Positions 19,063 to 29,263 of a stretch of 44,883 nt of DNA are shown piece by piece. The stretch is from a virus (Duplodnaviria > Caudoviricetes): the IMG/VR virus record IMGVR_UViG_3300039306_000022, positions 1-44,883 of that record; one strand, 5' to 3'. The translations under genes were made by a program, and so were the position numbers. The notes beneath the pieces are model-generated. The model had not been told where the DNA came from and made no database searches. It saw nothing but the letters and a program-made list of their open reading frames with translations. Each line of letters begins with the position of its first letter. Position 1 is the stretch's first letter.

Positions 19063-19205
19063 AAAAGCTAAATGATATCAATGACGGAATCATTTTCCTG
19101 CTGATTTTGGTTGGCCCAGCCATTTTATCAATGGTTGGATATATTGGCTACAAAGTGCTGAGTGGGTGCTATCACTTATTGGATAAGCTCATTGATAAAC
19201 TATGA
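19059..19205 (+). CDS. Small membrane protein (48 aa, not in the ORF track)
   Basis: MKKLNDINDGIIFLLILVGPAILSMVGYIGYKVLSGCYHLLDKLIDKL; ATGA overlap with the upstream gene. Confidence 0.6.
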   Translation: MKKLNDINDGIIFLLILVGPAILSMVGYIGYKVLSGCYHLLDKLIDKL

Positions 19206-19239
19206 AAATTTTTGAGACACTTTGCTGGATCATCCTGCT

Positions 19240-20058
19240 ATGAATGGGGTATACATAGGAACGCGGTTCTACTCGGTGCCCTGTCTGTACAATGAGCTTT
19301 CGCCCGTGCAGCTGAAAGAAATTGCCGGCATCCTTCACGCGGAGATCCCCCTTCCGGAAGCGCGGGTCCGTCTGCTGCTTTCTCTGCTCAACGTTCGTAG
19401 AAGCCTGCGGCTGCAGTGGCTTTTTTTGTTTAGTATTTCCGATGAGAGCCGCTACGATATGGAGTTACTGACCGACTGGATCCTGGAAGGAGTCAACGGA
19501 CTTACCCGGCAGTTGCTACCGATTTTGAGGATAGGACTGAAAAAGCTCTACGGCCCGGCTGATGAGCTGGCTAATTTGTCTTTCGTAGAATTTATCAAGG
19601 CGGAAAGTGCCTACATCGCTTACGCCAAAACCAGGGATCCGGAAGCACTCGACTTGCTAGTGGCCATCCTTTACCGGGCCAAGAGAAAGGACTACGATCC
19701 AACGAGCCCCGACTTCGATGGTGATATCCGGGAAAAGTATAACGATCATCTGTTGGCGGGCCGGGTAAAGCTGGTAAGTCGGCTGCCACTAGCTACTAGG
19801 CAGGCGATTTTTCTCTTTTACGATGGTTGCCGGTCACTGATTTTGAAGCAGTACTCCAATGTGTTCCGAAAACCCAAGGACGGCGATGCCAAGGGGCGCG
19901 GCTGGGGTCACGTGCTCCGGAGCCTGGCTGGTTCTGTGAATGAGTACGAACGGACGGCTTTTCAGCCGCTGGGTACTGTACTTACTGATCTGGATATGGC
20001 CATCCAGGAGAGTGATGAAATGCTGGAAAAAATAGAAGCCCTTAAAAACCAATCGTAA
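19240..20058 (+). CDS. Tail assembly protein/chaperone-like (putative)
   Basis: Position before the tape measure gene; ATG at 19240. Confidence 0.5.
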   Translation: MNGVYIGTRFYSVPCLYNELSPVQLKEIAGILHAEIPLPEARVRLLLSLLNVRRSLRLQWLFLFSISDESRYDMELLTDWILEGVNGLTRQLLPILRIGLKKLYGPADELANLSFVEFIKAESAYIAYAKTRDPEALDLLVAILYRAKRKDYDPTSPDFDGDIREKYNDHLLAGRVKLVSRLPLATRQAIFLFYDGCRSLILKQYSNVFRKPKDGDAKGRGWGHVLRSLAGSVNEYERTAFQPLGTVLTDLDMAIQESDEMLEKIEALKNQS

Positions 20059-20567
20059 TGGAATTACAAGCTTATACCGATTACTTTCTTGACATTGCTA
20101 CCAGGCTAAAGGAGATTGCTCACAGTGAAGCCAAAAAGCGATTCACTCGCATCAATATTGAGGAGGTATTTTCCGGATTGCGCTCCAGTTTGGATCTCAA
20201 TAACTTCTGTCTTTGTCTGGAGAGCTTCGAGGGGAGTCTGGGTGCTAACAATTACGACCAGGTGTTTGATAACAACATCGGGGCTTTCATGATTGTTAAG
20301 AATTGCCGGGTCGATGATTTTGTTCAGGAAACCCAGATCTGTGACCAAGCTAAGCAGATTGGGCTGAAAGTAGTTGCCAAAATGGCCTATGATGCTGAGC
20401 GTCGGCAGCGTGGCCTGGCACCGGTAGCGCTGAAGAATTTTGATATCGCTTCTGTGCAGTATGAAAAGATCGGGCCCCTCTTCGATAATTGCTTTGGGTA
20501 CCGGTTTACCTTTCTTACTTACGACTCGCTTTCCTTGGTACATAACCCGGACGATTTCCTGGAGTAA
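20058..20567 (+). CDS. Tail completion/terminator-like protein (putative)
   Basis: Acidic protein with GYRFTF C-terminal strand; position in tail module. Confidence 0.5.
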   Translation: MELQAYTDYFLDIATRLKEIAHSEAKKRFTRINIEEVFSGLRSSLDLNNFCLCLESFEGSLGANNYDQVFDNNIGAFMIVKNCRVDDFVQETQICDQAKQIGLKVVAKMAYDAERRQRGLAPVALKNFDIASVQYEKIGPLFDNCFGYRFTFLTYDSLSLVHNPDDFLE

Positions 20568-20588
20568 AGATTTTTATCATATCTTCTC

Positions 20589-20628
20589 AACGTAGCAAGA
20601 TTTGACTGCTAATCTTGCTACGTTTTTT
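20589..20628 (+). terminator. Rho-independent terminator
   Basis: AACGTAGCAAGATT/AATCTTGCTACGTT 14-bp stem followed by a T-run. Confidence 0.85.
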
Positions 20629-20631
20629 ATT

Positions 20632-20666
20632 GTCCTTTCCAGCCCCAAGCCCACCTATTAGCTTCG
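20632..20666 (+). promoter_or_regulatory. Putative late promoter, copy 5 (GTCCTTTC-N19-TAGCTTCG)
   Basis: Immediately after the terminator and before the tape measure operon. Confidence 0.75.
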
Positions 20667-20683
20667 AAGAAAAACGAAGCGAT

Positions 20684-21091
20684 ATGGCCGAATCCAACTT
20701 TTCGGAAGTACTGCAAATAGTCCAGGAGTGGGCTGCCCGTACCGATCAGATCCTGCACGCACAGCTGAAAGGCATGGGCATTGGCATCTCCGATGAATTG
20801 TTCAACTCCCTTCGTAATCGTGTCTACCAGCAGGCCGGCACAATGATCGGTTATGACTTGTCTTTCTTGATGCGCGGCCGCTACCGGGATATGGGAGCTG
20901 GACGCCGGCGAAAAATCGAATCCATCCAGTCCAACGGCGACATCATCCGGGGTAAGAAAAAAGCAGGCCGCAAAGCCAAGAAGTGGTATTCCAAGGCCTT
21001 CTATGGCCGACTGAGTGCGCTCAATGGCGTGGTTTCCGCTAAAATCTCCGAACAGGCCATTGCTGCCATCATTAATCCCTTGAAAAACTAA
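20684..21091 (+). CDS. Basic tail/neck morphogenesis protein (putative)
   Basis: GRYRDMGAG and RKAKKWYSK motifs. Confidence 0.55.
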   Translation: MAESNFSEVLQIVQEWAARTDQILHAQLKGMGIGISDELFNSLRNRVYQQAGTMIGYDLSFLMRGRYRDMGAGRRRKIESIQSNGDIIRGKKKAGRKAKKWYSKAFYGRLSALNGVVSAKISEQAIAAIINPLKN

Positions 21092-21094
21092 GCT

Positions 21095-24000
21095 ATGGCT
21101 GTTAGAGAAGATCGCGTTCAGACGACTGTAATGATTGATGGTAAGCAGGCAATTTCCGAGCTGGGCAAGCTGGAAATGGAGTCTACTGACCTGCGCAATA
21201 CGATGAAAGACCTGAAAAAGGTCACGGAGGAATATAAGCAGACTGCCTCTCAGCTCGGTGAGGTACGCAAACAGAAGCAGGCGCTCAACCAGGAAGCAAA
21301 AGGCCTGAAGGAAAGCCTGAAAGAGCTCAAAAAAGGCACGGATGAATACAAGACCACGGCTTCGAAGCTAGATACAGTCAAAAAGCAGATGAGCGATCTG
21401 GATGCCAAGGCCGGCACACTTAAGAAGTCGATCCTCTCCATCAAAGCAGCTAATGAGGAATACCGGCAATCGGGCAACAAACTCGACCAGGTAGGCCAAA
21501 AGATTGCGGCTCTTCGTCAGGAAATGGGAGTAGCAGGCATGACGCTCAAGCAAATGAAGTCCTACGCCCGTGAGCTGAATAATGAGTTTGAAAACGTCAC
21601 CAAGGGAACCAAGCGCTACGATGAGCTGAAACATAAGCTGCAGGAGGTGAACGGCGCTATGTCCAAGCAAAGAGCCGATGCCCGGGGCAGCACTGAAGCG
21701 TTCAACCCGCTGAAAAGTATGGCAGGAATGGGGGCCATGGGTGGCCTTTTCGCCGCTGGTTCGATGGCCGTGAGCGGGGTGAGTAAATTGGTGGAAAATG
21801 CCTTTCCTGCTACCCTCAAGCTTAGTGATGAGCTTTCTGATATTCAGAAAACTACCGGAATGACTAAGCAGGAGGTGAAGGATTTGAATAATGAACTTAG
21901 TAAGGTCAACACCCGCTCCACTACTGAAGAACTACGCAAAATTGCTGCCATCGGTGGGCAATTAGACGTCGCTAAAGAAGAGGTGGAAGGTTTTACCAAG
22001 GCCACCGATAAGCTCAACGTCGCCCTGGGCGATGAATTCAGCGGTGGGGTGGAGGAAGTGACCAAAACCACCGGGGCGCTCCGGAACATTTTCACCGACA
22101 TCAAAAGCAAGAAGGTCGATCAGGACATGCTCCGGATCGGCAATGCCTTAAATGAGTTGGGAGCCGATGGAGCCGCCACCGCTCCGGTCGTAGCCGACTT
22201 TTCCTCCCGCATCGGGGGGGTGGGCATTACCTTGGGAATGACCAGTGGCCAGGTGCTCGGCCTTTCAGCCACCCTCCAGGAGCTCAACGTGTCCACTGAA
22301 CGGGGAGGGACAGCCGTATCCGGCATCCTGCAGAAAATGGCTGCAGCGCCAGCTGTATTCGCTAAGGTCGCTGGAATGAGCAGTAAAGATTTCAAGGCCC
22401 TGGTTGATAAGGATATTTTCGCTGCTTTTACTAAGGTGGTGGAGGGTGCCAATAAGAGCAGTGCTTCGGCTACCAATTTTGCTAAGCTGCTCGATGAACT
22501 CAAGCTAGACGGTGCCGGCGCTTCGGAGGTGATTGCCAAACTGGGTAGTAATACACAGATGCTTTCCCAGAAAGTGGCCCTCTCTAATTCAGCGCTGCAG
22601 AATACGAACTCGATCATGGATGAGTTCAAAATCAAAAATGAGAATGCAGCTGCCAGCTGGGAGAAGATTAAAAAGTTCTTTTCCGAGGCTCTGGTCAGTA
22701 CGGCATTTATGAGCAGTCTGGAAGCTGGATTAGGCAAGCTGGCTGATCTGTTTGATATGCGCCCGGAAGCCGAAAAACTTACTGAGGCCTTCCACGAGCA
22801 GAAAGATGCAGTAGTCAATCTGGAGAAAAACACCCTGCCTTTACTGGATCGCTACGATGAGTTGAAAAGCAAAACTACTTTGAATAAGGAAGAACAGGCT
22901 GAACTGGATAAGATCATCGGGCAGGTAGCCACTACCATTCCTACGGCCATCACTGAATTCGATGCCTACGGGCGAGCGATGGGCATTAATACCGAAAAGG
23001 CCCGTGAGTTTATCGAAATGCAGCGAGGCATACTCAAAATAAAGAATGCAGACGCTATTGATTCGCAGACCGATGCCTTAAAAAAGCTTGAAAAGCAGAT
23101 TGACCAGGTTAGAAAAGCCTTGTCTCTTAAAGACCAGGATGGTGACCTGATTAAAAAAGTGCAGTCCACTTATGGTATGGGCGGTACAGTTACCAATACT
23201 TATAAACTCACCGGGGAAGAAATCGCTGCCTTACAGGCCCAGCTTGCCAAGCTACAAGATCGGTCCAAATGGACCAAGGGGTATATTGATGAATTGAGCG
23301 GAGGCAACCTAGCGGATCCAAAAATGAAACTGGCCGCTGCCAACCCATCCTGGGAGCAGGGACAGCTCCCCCCGATGATTTCCGACGCCGAGCGAAAGAA
23401 AGCCGAAAAGGAGCTGGCCGACCGGCTCAAGCTGGAGGCAGACTACTACGCCCGGAAAGCGGCCATGGAAATCGAGCTCATCTCCAACGAGCAGGAGCGC
23501 CGCATTGCCCAGGCCAACTGGCGGGCCTCCCAGGAAATGGCTGAAGTGGCCAATTCCAAGGCCAGCGCCGAGGTGAAGAAAGATCTGCTCACTACGCTGG
23601 GAAAGAAGCTGGAGCACGACCTGCTCGAAATTGAGAAAGAGTACGCCGAAAAGCGCCGGGTAGAATCCGAAAAGATGGCTCAGGAAGCCGTCCGGATTGC
23701 CCAGGATACGACCAAGAAGAAGGCTGATATTGCCATTGCCTACGCGTCAATGGATGAAAGCCAGGCGCGGCTTAATTACGACCGGCTCAAAAATTCCCGC
23801 AATGAAGAGGCTATGCATTTGGCCGAGTCGTTCCGGATGAAAACCGAGTACGAGGAGAAGGCTCGGGCTAAGCAGCGCGAAATCGAGGCCACCCAGCGGG
23901 AAATGGACCAGCGGCAGCGGGATTACGAGCGGGAAAAGCTTAAAAATCCCGATGCCATTGAGCCCACGGCCGTCATTGAGGCCGAGAAGGCCAAAAAGCA

Positions 24001-24958
24001 GGCCTTGATCGATGAGCTGTTCCTGCTGGAGGATCAGCACCAGCAGAACGTGTATAACCTCGAGGAGGACTATCGGGGCAGGCGCATTGAGCGCGATAAG
24101 CAGGTGGCCGACCAGGTACTGGGTTACATGCAAACGGGCTTGGGAGCACTGTTTGATTTTAAAAAGATCAGCCTCGATAAGGAACAGCAAGCCGAGAGCC
24201 GGGCCAAAACCCAGCGGATCAAGAGCCTGGACAGTGAGCTGAAAGCGGGTAAAATCACCAAAGAAGAGTACGAAAAGGCCAAATCCACCATTGAGGCCAA
24301 TTACGACGCCAAAACCCGTCAGCTGAAGCGCAAACAGGCCGAGGCCGAAAAAGCCAATAACGTTGCCCAGGCCATTATGGCCGGGGCCCTGGCTGTGATC
24401 AAAGCTTCGCAGAACCCGCTGGGTTTCTTTTCTCCGACGGCCATCGCGACGGCTGCCATGTCGGCCATAAACATTGCCAAGGTAGTAAGCACACCCGTTC
24501 CGGAATTTGCCGAGGGTGGTGGTACGGGCCCGATCAATAACATTTCCAAGGGCGGATCCGTCACCCAGCCCTACCTGGCCCTGGTGGGGGAGAAAGGCTC
24601 AGAATACATCGTGCCCAACTGGATGCTGCAGGACCCGTTAGTGGCCGACACCGTGCGCATGCTGGAGGCCATCCGGACGCGCGGCTTTGCCTCCGGAGGG
24701 ATGACATCTACGCCGGCTCCCTCGTTTTCGTCCGCCAGCTCTTCGGCCAGCGGATCCGGGGAAAGCACGGCCACTTCCTCCGACTCAACCGAGCCGGCCT
24801 GGGTCAGCAAGCTCATCGCCAACCTGGACCGGATGAATTACAACCTGGAGAACCCCGTGCCATCTAGTGCCATATTTGATTTCGATTACTTTCAAAAACA
24901 GGAATCCCGCATCGATGCTACCAAAAGAGCAGCCGGCGTAAAAAAAGCCCTTAAATGA
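21095..24958 (+). CDS. Tape measure protein (TP901-type core)
   Basis: 1287 aa; IQKTTG and ERGGTA core motifs; coiled coils; FAEGG/VGEKG.E C-terminal motifs. Confidence 0.93.
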   Translation: MAVREDRVQTTVMIDGKQAISELGKLEMESTDLRNTMKDLKKVTEEYKQTASQLGEVRKQKQALNQEAKGLKESLKELKKGTDEYKTTASKLDTVKKQMSDLDAKAGTLKKSILSIKAANEEYRQSGNKLDQVGQKIAALRQEMGVAGMTLKQMKSYARELNNEFENVTKGTKRYDELKHKLQEVNGAMSKQRADARGSTEAFNPLKSMAGMGAMGGLFAAGSMAVSGVSKLVENAFPATLKLSDELSDIQKTTGMTKQEVKDLNNELSKVNTRSTTEELRKIAAIGGQLDVAKEEVEGFTKATDKLNVALGDEFSGGVEEVTKTTGALRNIFTDIKSKKVDQDMLRIGNALNELGADGAATAPVVADFSSRIGGVGITLGMTSGQVLGLSATLQELNVSTERGGTAVSGILQKMAAAPAVFAKVAGMSSKDFKALVDKDIFAAFTKVVEGANKSSASATNFAKLLDELKLDGAGASEVIAKLGSNTQMLSQKVALSNSALQNTNSIMDEFKIKNENAAASWEKIKKFFSEALVSTAFMSSLEAGLGKLADLFDMRPEAEKLTEAFHEQKDAVVNLEKNTLPLLDRYDELKSKTTLNKEEQAELDKIIGQVATTIPTAITEFDAYGRAMGINTEKAREFIEMQRGILKIKNADAIDSQTDALKKLEKQIDQVRKALSLKDQDGDLIKKVQSTYGMGGTVTNTYKLTGEEIAALQAQLAKLQDRSKWTKGYIDELSGGNLADPKMKLAAANPSWEQGQLPPMISDAERKKAEKELADRLKLEADYYARKAAMEIELISNEQERRIAQANWRASQEMAEVANSKASAEVKKDLLTTLGKKLEHDLLEIEKEYAEKRRVESEKMAQEAVRIAQDTTKKKADIAIAYASMDESQARLNYDRLKNSRNEEAMHLAESFRMKTEYEEKARAKQREIEATQREMDQRQRDYEREKLKNPDAIEPTAVIEAEKAKKQALIDELFLLEDQHQQNVYNLEEDYRGRRIERDKQVADQVLGYMQTGLGALFDFKKISLDKEQQAESRAKTQRIKSLDSELKAGKITKEEYEKAKSTIEANYDAKTRQLKRKQAEAEKANNVAQAIMAGALAVIKASQNPLGFFSPTAIATAAMSAINIAKVVSTPVPEFAEGGGTGPINNISKGGSVTQPYLALVGEKGSEYIVPNWMLQDPLVADTVRMLEAIRTRGFASGGMTSTPAPSFSSASSSASGSGESTATSSDSTEPAWVSKLIANLDRMNYNLENPVPSSAIFDFDYFQKQESRIDATKRAAGVKKALK

Positions 24959-26733
24959 TACCGCCCTTAGCCCCACTCACGTACCTGCCACTTCGGTTTG
25001 CCCATAATCCACTAGCCCATTTAATACCGGCCGTGGATTTGGAGGGAGACCGGGCCACGCTACGCTATTTTGCCGATCTCTTCGTGCCCCAGACCTGGCT
25101 TTCTACTAATTTTATTAAGGAAACTACGCGGGAGGCCCGCGAAAAACCGCCAAAAACGGTCGGATCGGTCACCATTCGGGAAGGAGCCACACTCTACTAC
25201 GAAGACATCCTGGAGGCCTTACTGGCCCTGGAGTCTCAGGCGCCCAACTGGGACGCTCAGGTCATCTCGCCCTGCCCGGGTGCCGTGCTTCCTTTCCGGA
25301 TTGAAAGCCGGGTCACTACCGGCGTGAATACCCCGGTGGGCAATCCTACCGTAACCCCAGTTTATCACGCGCTCAAAGGCGGGCTTTCTTTTGCTGATTT
25401 TGCTGACAACGCCACTTCCTTCTTTGTTACTCATCTGAAGGAAACGGCCCAGTTTCTCACCTGGCAACCGAACGGGAAATGGATTGATACCTGGCAACCC
25501 GAATTTCTGTATCTGCTCATTAACTTCACGCCTCTGCCTCCTGAGCTAAAGCTCTTTGTGGAATTCACCTTCGATGATGGTAGCCAGGCAAGCATGGAAG
25601 CCCAGTCTTTTCCGGCTCCCAAGCTTTATCAAGTGTATTGTTTCCCGGTTGGCTTTTCGGCACTAGAGCTACTGGCTAAGGAAATCACGGAAGGCAAGCA
25701 GATTCGAAAGTATGCCGTCTACGTCACCAATGGGGCCGGTGAGCGCATCTCTGAAGTGCGCAGCTACCAGGTGGACCGACGCTATTTCAAAGAAGATGAG
25801 GTCAGCTACTGGCTCTACCGCAACTCGCTGGGTGGGTTTGATACCCTGCGCTGCACGGGTAACCAGTCGGACAACCTGGTGGTGGAGCGGGAAGGAGGGA
25901 AGCGTTTTACGCCGTATAATTACGGACGCAGTTTCGGTTCCTCTTTCCCGGCCTATCTATCGGGCGATACCGACATCCTGGCCAATACCGGCTACTTTAA
26001 GGAAAATCAGCGGGCCTGGCTGGCGTATCTGCAGGAATTGTTTTACTCCCGGGAAATCTACCAGCTCAGCCGGCGCGGCCTACTGGCCGTGGAGCTAGTG
26101 AGCAAGGAATTAGTCAGCAAAGACAGCAAGCCCAATACGCTGGCTGCCAAACTTAAATTCCGGCTCTCGCATCAGGAACGTAACTTCAGCAAGATGCCCC
26201 GGGCACTTCCTCCCTTGGTTCGGCCTACCGCCTGGCGTTTCAAACCCGGCACTGAATTCTGCGTGCAAGCGGGCGTGAACCCCAATACCGAGCCCAACTG
26301 GCAGGATACGGGCAATCTTCGTTGTAAATTCACCGCTCCGCGTAGCTCCAGCATGACCGAGAAAGAGCAGGAGGATACCAATCCTGGTTCGGCTTCGTAT
26401 CTCAATAAGCGATGGATCGATGATGTTGAAAACGCGGCCCTTTGCCCGCTGCCCGTGGTCCTGAATGCTTCCGTTACGCCTAAAGTCTCTGCCGGCGTTA
26501 CCGGCTGGAGTGTGGTAAGCACCGTGCTGGGCGCTTTAAGTGTCAACAACCAGGCTTATCAGCACCCCGTTACCGGCAACGGTCTCGTCATCACGGTCAG
26601 CGTCCCGGCTCCCTATAAGATTTATATCGTTCGCAATGGCACAGTCATTCGCGGAACACAATCGGGCCCAGTCTCTTTTGAAATATCCCAAGCGGCTGCT
26701 TACGAAGTTTTCATTGGCCTGTTTGGCCGCTAA
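24955..26733 (+). CDS. Tail tip/baseplate protein
   Basis: Follows the tape measure gene; RNSLGGFDTL.CTG motif; Cys/Trp-containing C-terminal module. Confidence 0.7.
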   Translation: MIPPLAPLTYLPLRFAHNPLAHLIPAVDLEGDRATLRYFADLFVPQTWLSTNFIKETTREAREKPPKTVGSVTIREGATLYYEDILEALLALESQAPNWDAQVISPCPGAVLPFRIESRVTTGVNTPVGNPTVTPVYHALKGGLSFADFADNATSFFVTHLKETAQFLTWQPNGKWIDTWQPEFLYLLINFTPLPPELKLFVEFTFDDGSQASMEAQSFPAPKLYQVYCFPVGFSALELLAKEITEGKQIRKYAVYVTNGAGERISEVRSYQVDRRYFKEDEVSYWLYRNSLGGFDTLRCTGNQSDNLVVEREGGKRFTPYNYGRSFGSSFPAYLSGDTDILANTGYFKENQRAWLAYLQELFYSREIYQLSRRGLLAVELVSKELVSKDSKPNTLAAKLKFRLSHQERNFSKMPRALPPLVRPTAWRFKPGTEFCVQAGVNPNTEPNWQDTGNLRCKFTAPRSSSMTEKEQEDTNPGSASYLNKRWIDDVENAALCPLPVVLNASVTPKVSAGVTGWSVVSTVLGALSVNNQAYQHPVTGNGLVITVSVPAPYKIYIVRNGTVIRGTQSGPVSFEISQAAAYEVFIGLFGR

Positions 26734-26747
26734 CCTTTATTATTCCT

Positions 26748-26900
26748 ATGCCCAACAACGGATATCTTTTTAGCTACACCATCGAGGAATATTATACCGA
26801 CGTACCCGACGGGGAGCCTACCGGGGTGGAAAAGCCCAATCTGGAATCAGATCCGGATTACGTAGCGCCGATTCTGAACCTGGATACCTGTCCGATATGA
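26748..26900 (+). CDS. Small acidic tail-associated protein (50 aa, not in the ORF track)
   Basis: MPNNGYLFSYTIEEYYTDVPDGEPTGVEKPNLESDPDYVAPILNLDTCPI; ATGA overlap with the next gene. Confidence 0.7.
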   Translation: MPNNGYLFSYTIEEYYTDVPDGEPTGVEKPNLESDPDYVAPILNLDTCPI

Positions 26901-28783
26901 CCGAGCTGGAAATACGCCTCTCCGACGGGGAAGCGCTGGAACTTGGACCCAATCCCAGCCTCCAGCTGGAGATGCTTTCCCCTCTTTTTGAAACCGAACT
27001 CTGGGGAGGCACTTTCTCCTATCCCTTCACTTTGCCCTGGACCCCTCAAAACGCCCGCAAACTGGGGTATTTGAATCACCGGCAAAGCGCAGCGGATCGG
27101 AAACGAAAGTACCAGGTAGGCCTCTACTACGGAGGCTTGCTGAGGGAATGTCTAATGGAGATACGCAGCGTATCGGGCCGGAGTGTGAGCGTGGATCTGG
27201 TCTCTCCCGAGGGAGGCCTAGACGATACCATGCGCAGCAAACTGTTGACTGAGTTAGACCTGGGCTCAGAAACCCTTCCCACTACCTTTGTTACCTCCAA
27301 CCACTACGCCGCGCAGATGGGCGCCTTCAACCCGGCGCTCGGCCGAGTGCTGCGGGGTCGGTACCGGATTTACCGCGACAATGTAGAAATCGTCTATTTT
27401 GAGCTCGATAACTTAGGCTCCCGACTCGATCAGGAAGAGGCCAACAACCTGGTGATTCTCTCTTCCTACATCAACGAGGCGGCCAATAATTTCCCCATCC
27501 GCAGCCAGGCGTACGGCAATGCCCTGGTGATCTATCCCCTGGATGGAACGGTAAGCAGTTACCGGATCACCAGACGCTTGGATTTGTACAATGAGTCGGA
27601 TGATTTTCTGGGTTTTCAGAACGGGGAAGCCGATTTTACCCGGCTCGTGTATCGTACCATTGCTCCCTTTCCTAATGCCACGGTTAATTTCGGGCCAGGG
27701 GATAAATACGCCTTCCCGATGGTGCGCAACACGCATTTTTACGGGGATCCATCTTCTGAAACGGCCAATAAACAATACGTCGGGTACGTAAACTATTACG
27801 ACGGCGGGTATAAGCACAACTCTCCGGGGCAGCCATTAAAATACACGCTCTGCCCGATGCTGTTTCTGTCCTTTGCCTTGGAGAAAATTTTTGCTTCTTT
27901 CGGCTATACTGTGGAAGGCGATTTTCTGCAGCATCCGGCCGTGGTCCGGATGCTGATCTACAGTCTACAGTCGCTGGATCTCCAGCAGCCGGATGCCATT
28001 TTTCCCTTTAATACCTTTAATCCAACGCTTGCCTACGCCAAACTCCTTCCTTCCATTACCTTGGAAGAACTGATGACGGCGTTACGGAATGCTTTTGCCC
28101 TGGCTTATCAGTTCGATACGCCCAAGAAAAAGCTCACGATGCGGTTTATCAAGGAAGTGTTGGAAACCGAGTGCCAAACCGACTGGAGCGCTAAGTGTGA
28201 TCCTGAGTTTGAGGATGACCTGACCTTTGGCAATGAGGTCAGCCTTTCATTTCGGCTGGAGAGTGACGACAATACGGCCAAAGCCAATGATCAGGGCGTG
28301 TTGCCCGAGCTTTTCCGGCCTTTTGGCACGGGTGAGGAGCCCATTGAAGTAGCCTTATCTTCTCTTTTGACCAAGGCTCAGGAAGGCCTGCAACTGCCTT
28401 ATACCGAGCAGAAAGGGGTATCGCCGTTTTTTGGGTTGGGAGAAACCAAATTCGGGCTTCGCTTACTGTTCTGGCACGGACTGGCCAGCGGCTCCCGTTC
28501 GTATCCGAAAGCCAGTAACGAATACGATGATGGTGCTGGCAATCGGGTGGCCCTGCAGTGGGGAGGGCCCTATGGTCTGCACGAACAATTCTGGAAGGAG
28601 TACGCTGCTTTCCGCGCCCGCACCTACGCGACCGAGCAGCCGGCCGCGCTAGACGCCCGGGATCTGGCCGGGCTGGATTATTTTTCGCCCAAGCACGTGC
28701 TGGGCGTGAATTATTTCGTGAAGAAACTCGTGGTCACCTTGCCCTTGAGAAAGCCGGCTACGGTCACGCTTTGCAAGATTTAG
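26897..28783 (+). CDS. Tail tip/hub protein
   Basis: SYPFTLP..PQN..KLG motif; last late gene. Confidence 0.7.
   Translation: MTELEIRLSDGEALELGPNPSLQLEMLSPLFETELWGGTFSYPFTLPWTPQNARKLGYLNHRQSAADRKRKYQVGLYYGGLLRECLMEIRSVSGRSVSVDLVSPEGGLDDTMRSKLLTELDLGSETLPTTFVTSNHYAAQMGAFNPALGRVLRGRYRIYRDNVEIVYFELDNLGSRLDQEEANNLVILSSYINEAANNFPIRSQAYGNALVIYPLDGTVSSYRITRRLDLYNESDDFLGFQNGEADFTRLVYRTIAPFPNATVNFGPGDKYAFPMVRNTHFYGDPSSETANKQYVGYVNYYDGGYKHNSPGQPLKYTLCPMLFLSFALEKIFASFGYTVEGDFLQHPAVVRMLIYSLQSLDLQQPDAIFPFNTFNPTLAYAKLLPSITLEELMTALRNAFALAYQFDTPKKKLTMRFIKEVLETECQTDWSAKCDPEFEDDLTFGNEVSLSFRLESDDNTAKANDQGVLPELFRPFGTGEEPIEVALSSLLTKAQEGLQLPYTEQKGVSPFFGLGETKFGLRLLFWHGLASGSRSYPKASNEYDDGAGNRVALQWGGPYGLHEQFWKEYAAFRARTYATEQPAALDARDLAGLDYFSPKHVLGVNYFVKKLVVTLPLRKPATVTLCKI
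28740..28781 (+). repeat. 42-bp direct repeat, copy 1
   Basis: 40/42 identical to 29264-29305. Confidence 0.9.
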
Positions 28784-28908
28784 AGGGATATATTTTAAAC
28801 AGCCTGTAACTTTTGTAACTACTTGTAACTTTATAGTTACAAGGCTAACATCTAAACAGTTAACCTTTAATGTTGATTTATCAGTAACTTTTGAATTTCG
28901 TACTAAAA

Positions 28909-29250
28909 ATGAATGAATTGCCAAAAGTGATCAACTACGATATTTTATCCAGTGGTGGCTTTGATGATTTGGCCTCACAGGTTAGAGAAGCCGTTAAATT
29001 GGGGTGGCAACCTTTTGGCAGCGGATTTGCCAAGGAGTATTACTGTTGTCAGCCTATCGTATTGTACGAGGGGCAGAAACAACAGAAAAAGGCTCCTTCG
29101 CAACTTAAACGAGAAGCTGATATAAAAGAATTTCAGGAAAGAGAGAGGCTAAGAAAAAGCGCAGAAAGCCTGGAGGGGCACCAGGCACTTCAGCATCAAG
29201 TTGAAGATAAAAAAGTAAGAAGCTTTCCTTTAGGATGGCTTTTTCGTTAA
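28909..29250 (+). CDS. DUF1737-like domain protein (moron)
   Basis: LASQVREAVKLGWQPFGS…QPIV pattern; AT-rich. Confidence 0.7.
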   Translation: MNELPKVINYDILSSGGFDDLASQVREAVKLGWQPFGSGFAKEYYCCQPIVLYEGQKQQKKAPSQLKREADIKEFQERERLRKSAESLEGHQALQHQVEDKKVRSFPLGWLFR

Positions 29251-29263
29251 CTGGCAGCAACGC

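Noticed and set aside
19240-21091. Programmed frameshift in tail assembly chaperones
   Set aside because: No convincing slippery site at a gene end with an extended overlapping frame was identified
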